DNA of 64,000 nt from a virus (taxonomy: Duplodnaviria > Caudoviricetes), in the IMG/VR virus record IMGVR_UViG_3300021431_000120, positions 4,744 to 68,743 of that record; one strand, given 5' to 3'. Below the pieces are notes generated by a model. That model did not search any database and had not been told where the DNA came from. It worked only from the letters and a program-made list of their open reading frames with translations. This document shows positions 63,365-64,000 of this stretch, piece by piece (the stretch's first letter is position 1; each line of letters opens with the position of its first letter). Both the position numbers and the translations under genes were made by a program.

Positions 63365-63687
63365 AAAGTTTTGGGTGTAAGCAAGTCAAATTTATCTATC
63401 TCAGTCCTGAGCCCGTCAGGGAAATGCGTGTCGGGGACATAAGCGGTAACAATAGCAACGATATTCCCGGCTCCGAACTCTGACGTGTCAAAGCAAAGAT
63501 AATAATTATGCTTATCTGTACCGTCTTCCGAGACAACCTCATGAACAAGATCGGATTTCTCGTATGTCTTCTGAACCGAACCGCGTTTTAATACGATATT
63601 GAAATTGTCCGTGTACATATTAAAACCCGGAGACGTTATCTCAATCTTATATTTTACTTCAGTTCCGACGAATACATTACTATTCAT
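63361..63687 (-). CDS. Ig-like tail-region protein
   Basis: 108 aa, beta-rich; AYVPDTHFPDGLRTE. Confidence 0.65.
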   Translation of the reverse strand: MNSNVFVGTEVKYKIEITSPGFNMYTDNFNIVLKRGSVQKTYEKSDLVHEVVSEDGTDKHNYYLCFDTSEFGAGNIVAIVTAYVPDTHFPDGLRTEIDKFDLLTPKTL

Positions 63688-63750
63688 AGTCTTTTCGTTT
63701 TTTAATGCCCCGCCGTCCCAGTAACGGCGGAGCGATGAAGAAAAGCACGG

Positions 63751-64000
63751 CTACTGGGCCGCAGGTATGTCGGCACTTACGGACGCGATGGCGTTCTTGA
63801 AGGCCGTGAGGGCGGTCTTGAAGGCGGTTATGTCCACCACGCTGTCGAAGTTGTAGGCGAAGCCGTCCTCCCCGCCGTTGTTCCACCCATTGAAGTGGAA
63901 CAGCACCTTGTCCTCCGAGTCGCGGACAGTGCCGTTGCACCCCAGCATGGCCTTGTTGGCATTGGCGTTGAACGTCCCGGTGACGGTGTAGTTACCATCG
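63751..64000 (-). CDS. Partial tail-region gene entering from the right edge
   Basis: The frame is open from the window end (DGNYTVTGTFNANANKAMLGC...DIPAAQ*); codons mostly end in C/G. Confidence 0.65.
   Translation of the reverse strand, partial: DGNYTVTGTFNANANKAMLGCNGTVRDSEDKVLFHFNGWNNGGEDGFAYNFDSVVDITAFKTALTAFKNAIASVSADIPAAQ

Noticed and set aside
1-64000. Stop-codon reassignment, as in some Bacteroidota phages
   Set aside because: Long genes are intact in the standard code, TAA, TAG and TGA all end real genes, and no suppressor tRNA was seen.
1-64000. CRISPR array or diversity-generating retroelement
   Set aside because: No regularly spaced repeats with spacers, no reverse transcriptase, and no template/variable repeat pair were seen in the window.

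Overview
This window is most of a tailed (siphovirus-type) phage genome. It probably infects a Bacteroidota host, judged from repeated TAnnTTTG -7 promoter boxes, AT-rich starts without Shine-Dalgarno sites, and BACON-like, DUF3127-like and DUF5675-like genes. It uses the standard genetic code. Layout: (i) 1-38.75 kb, minus strand: small replication-region genes, a primase and D5/SF3-type helicase, YqaJ exonuclease, two DNA methyltransferases, an SF2 helicase, terminase, portal, capsid, neck, tail tube, chaperones, a 2023-aa tape measure protein, and a large tail protein that runs off the left edge. (ii) 38.75-40.6 kb: an AT-rich divergent control region with iterated GTGTAG/CTACAC motifs and palindromes, a candidate origin or terminus. 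(iii) 39.6-54.9 kb, plus strand: many small early-type genes, including SAM-lyase-like, very acidic, clamp-like and RNAP alpha-CTD-like proteins, a serine recombinase and an XRE regulator. (iv) 55-64 kb, minus strand: tail accessory genes, lysis genes and an uncharacterised Gly/Cys-rich module. Both window edges lie in minus-strand tail genes, which suggests a circularly permuted, nearly complete genome. The best find is a three-copy structured RNA leader, each copy directly behind a TATCTTTG promoter and in front of a free-standing endonuclease gene. It consists of a small hairpin plus a long hairpin with an AGUA/GAA loop-E motif. The two 7-nt loops are perfectly complementary in every copy but differ between copies (GGUCCAG/CUGGACC, GUGGAAG/CUUCCAC, GGUCGAG/CUCGACC). 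Two non-canonical tRNA-like elements and other structured intergenic RNAs are also present. All protein family calls come from motif recognition by eye, not database searches.
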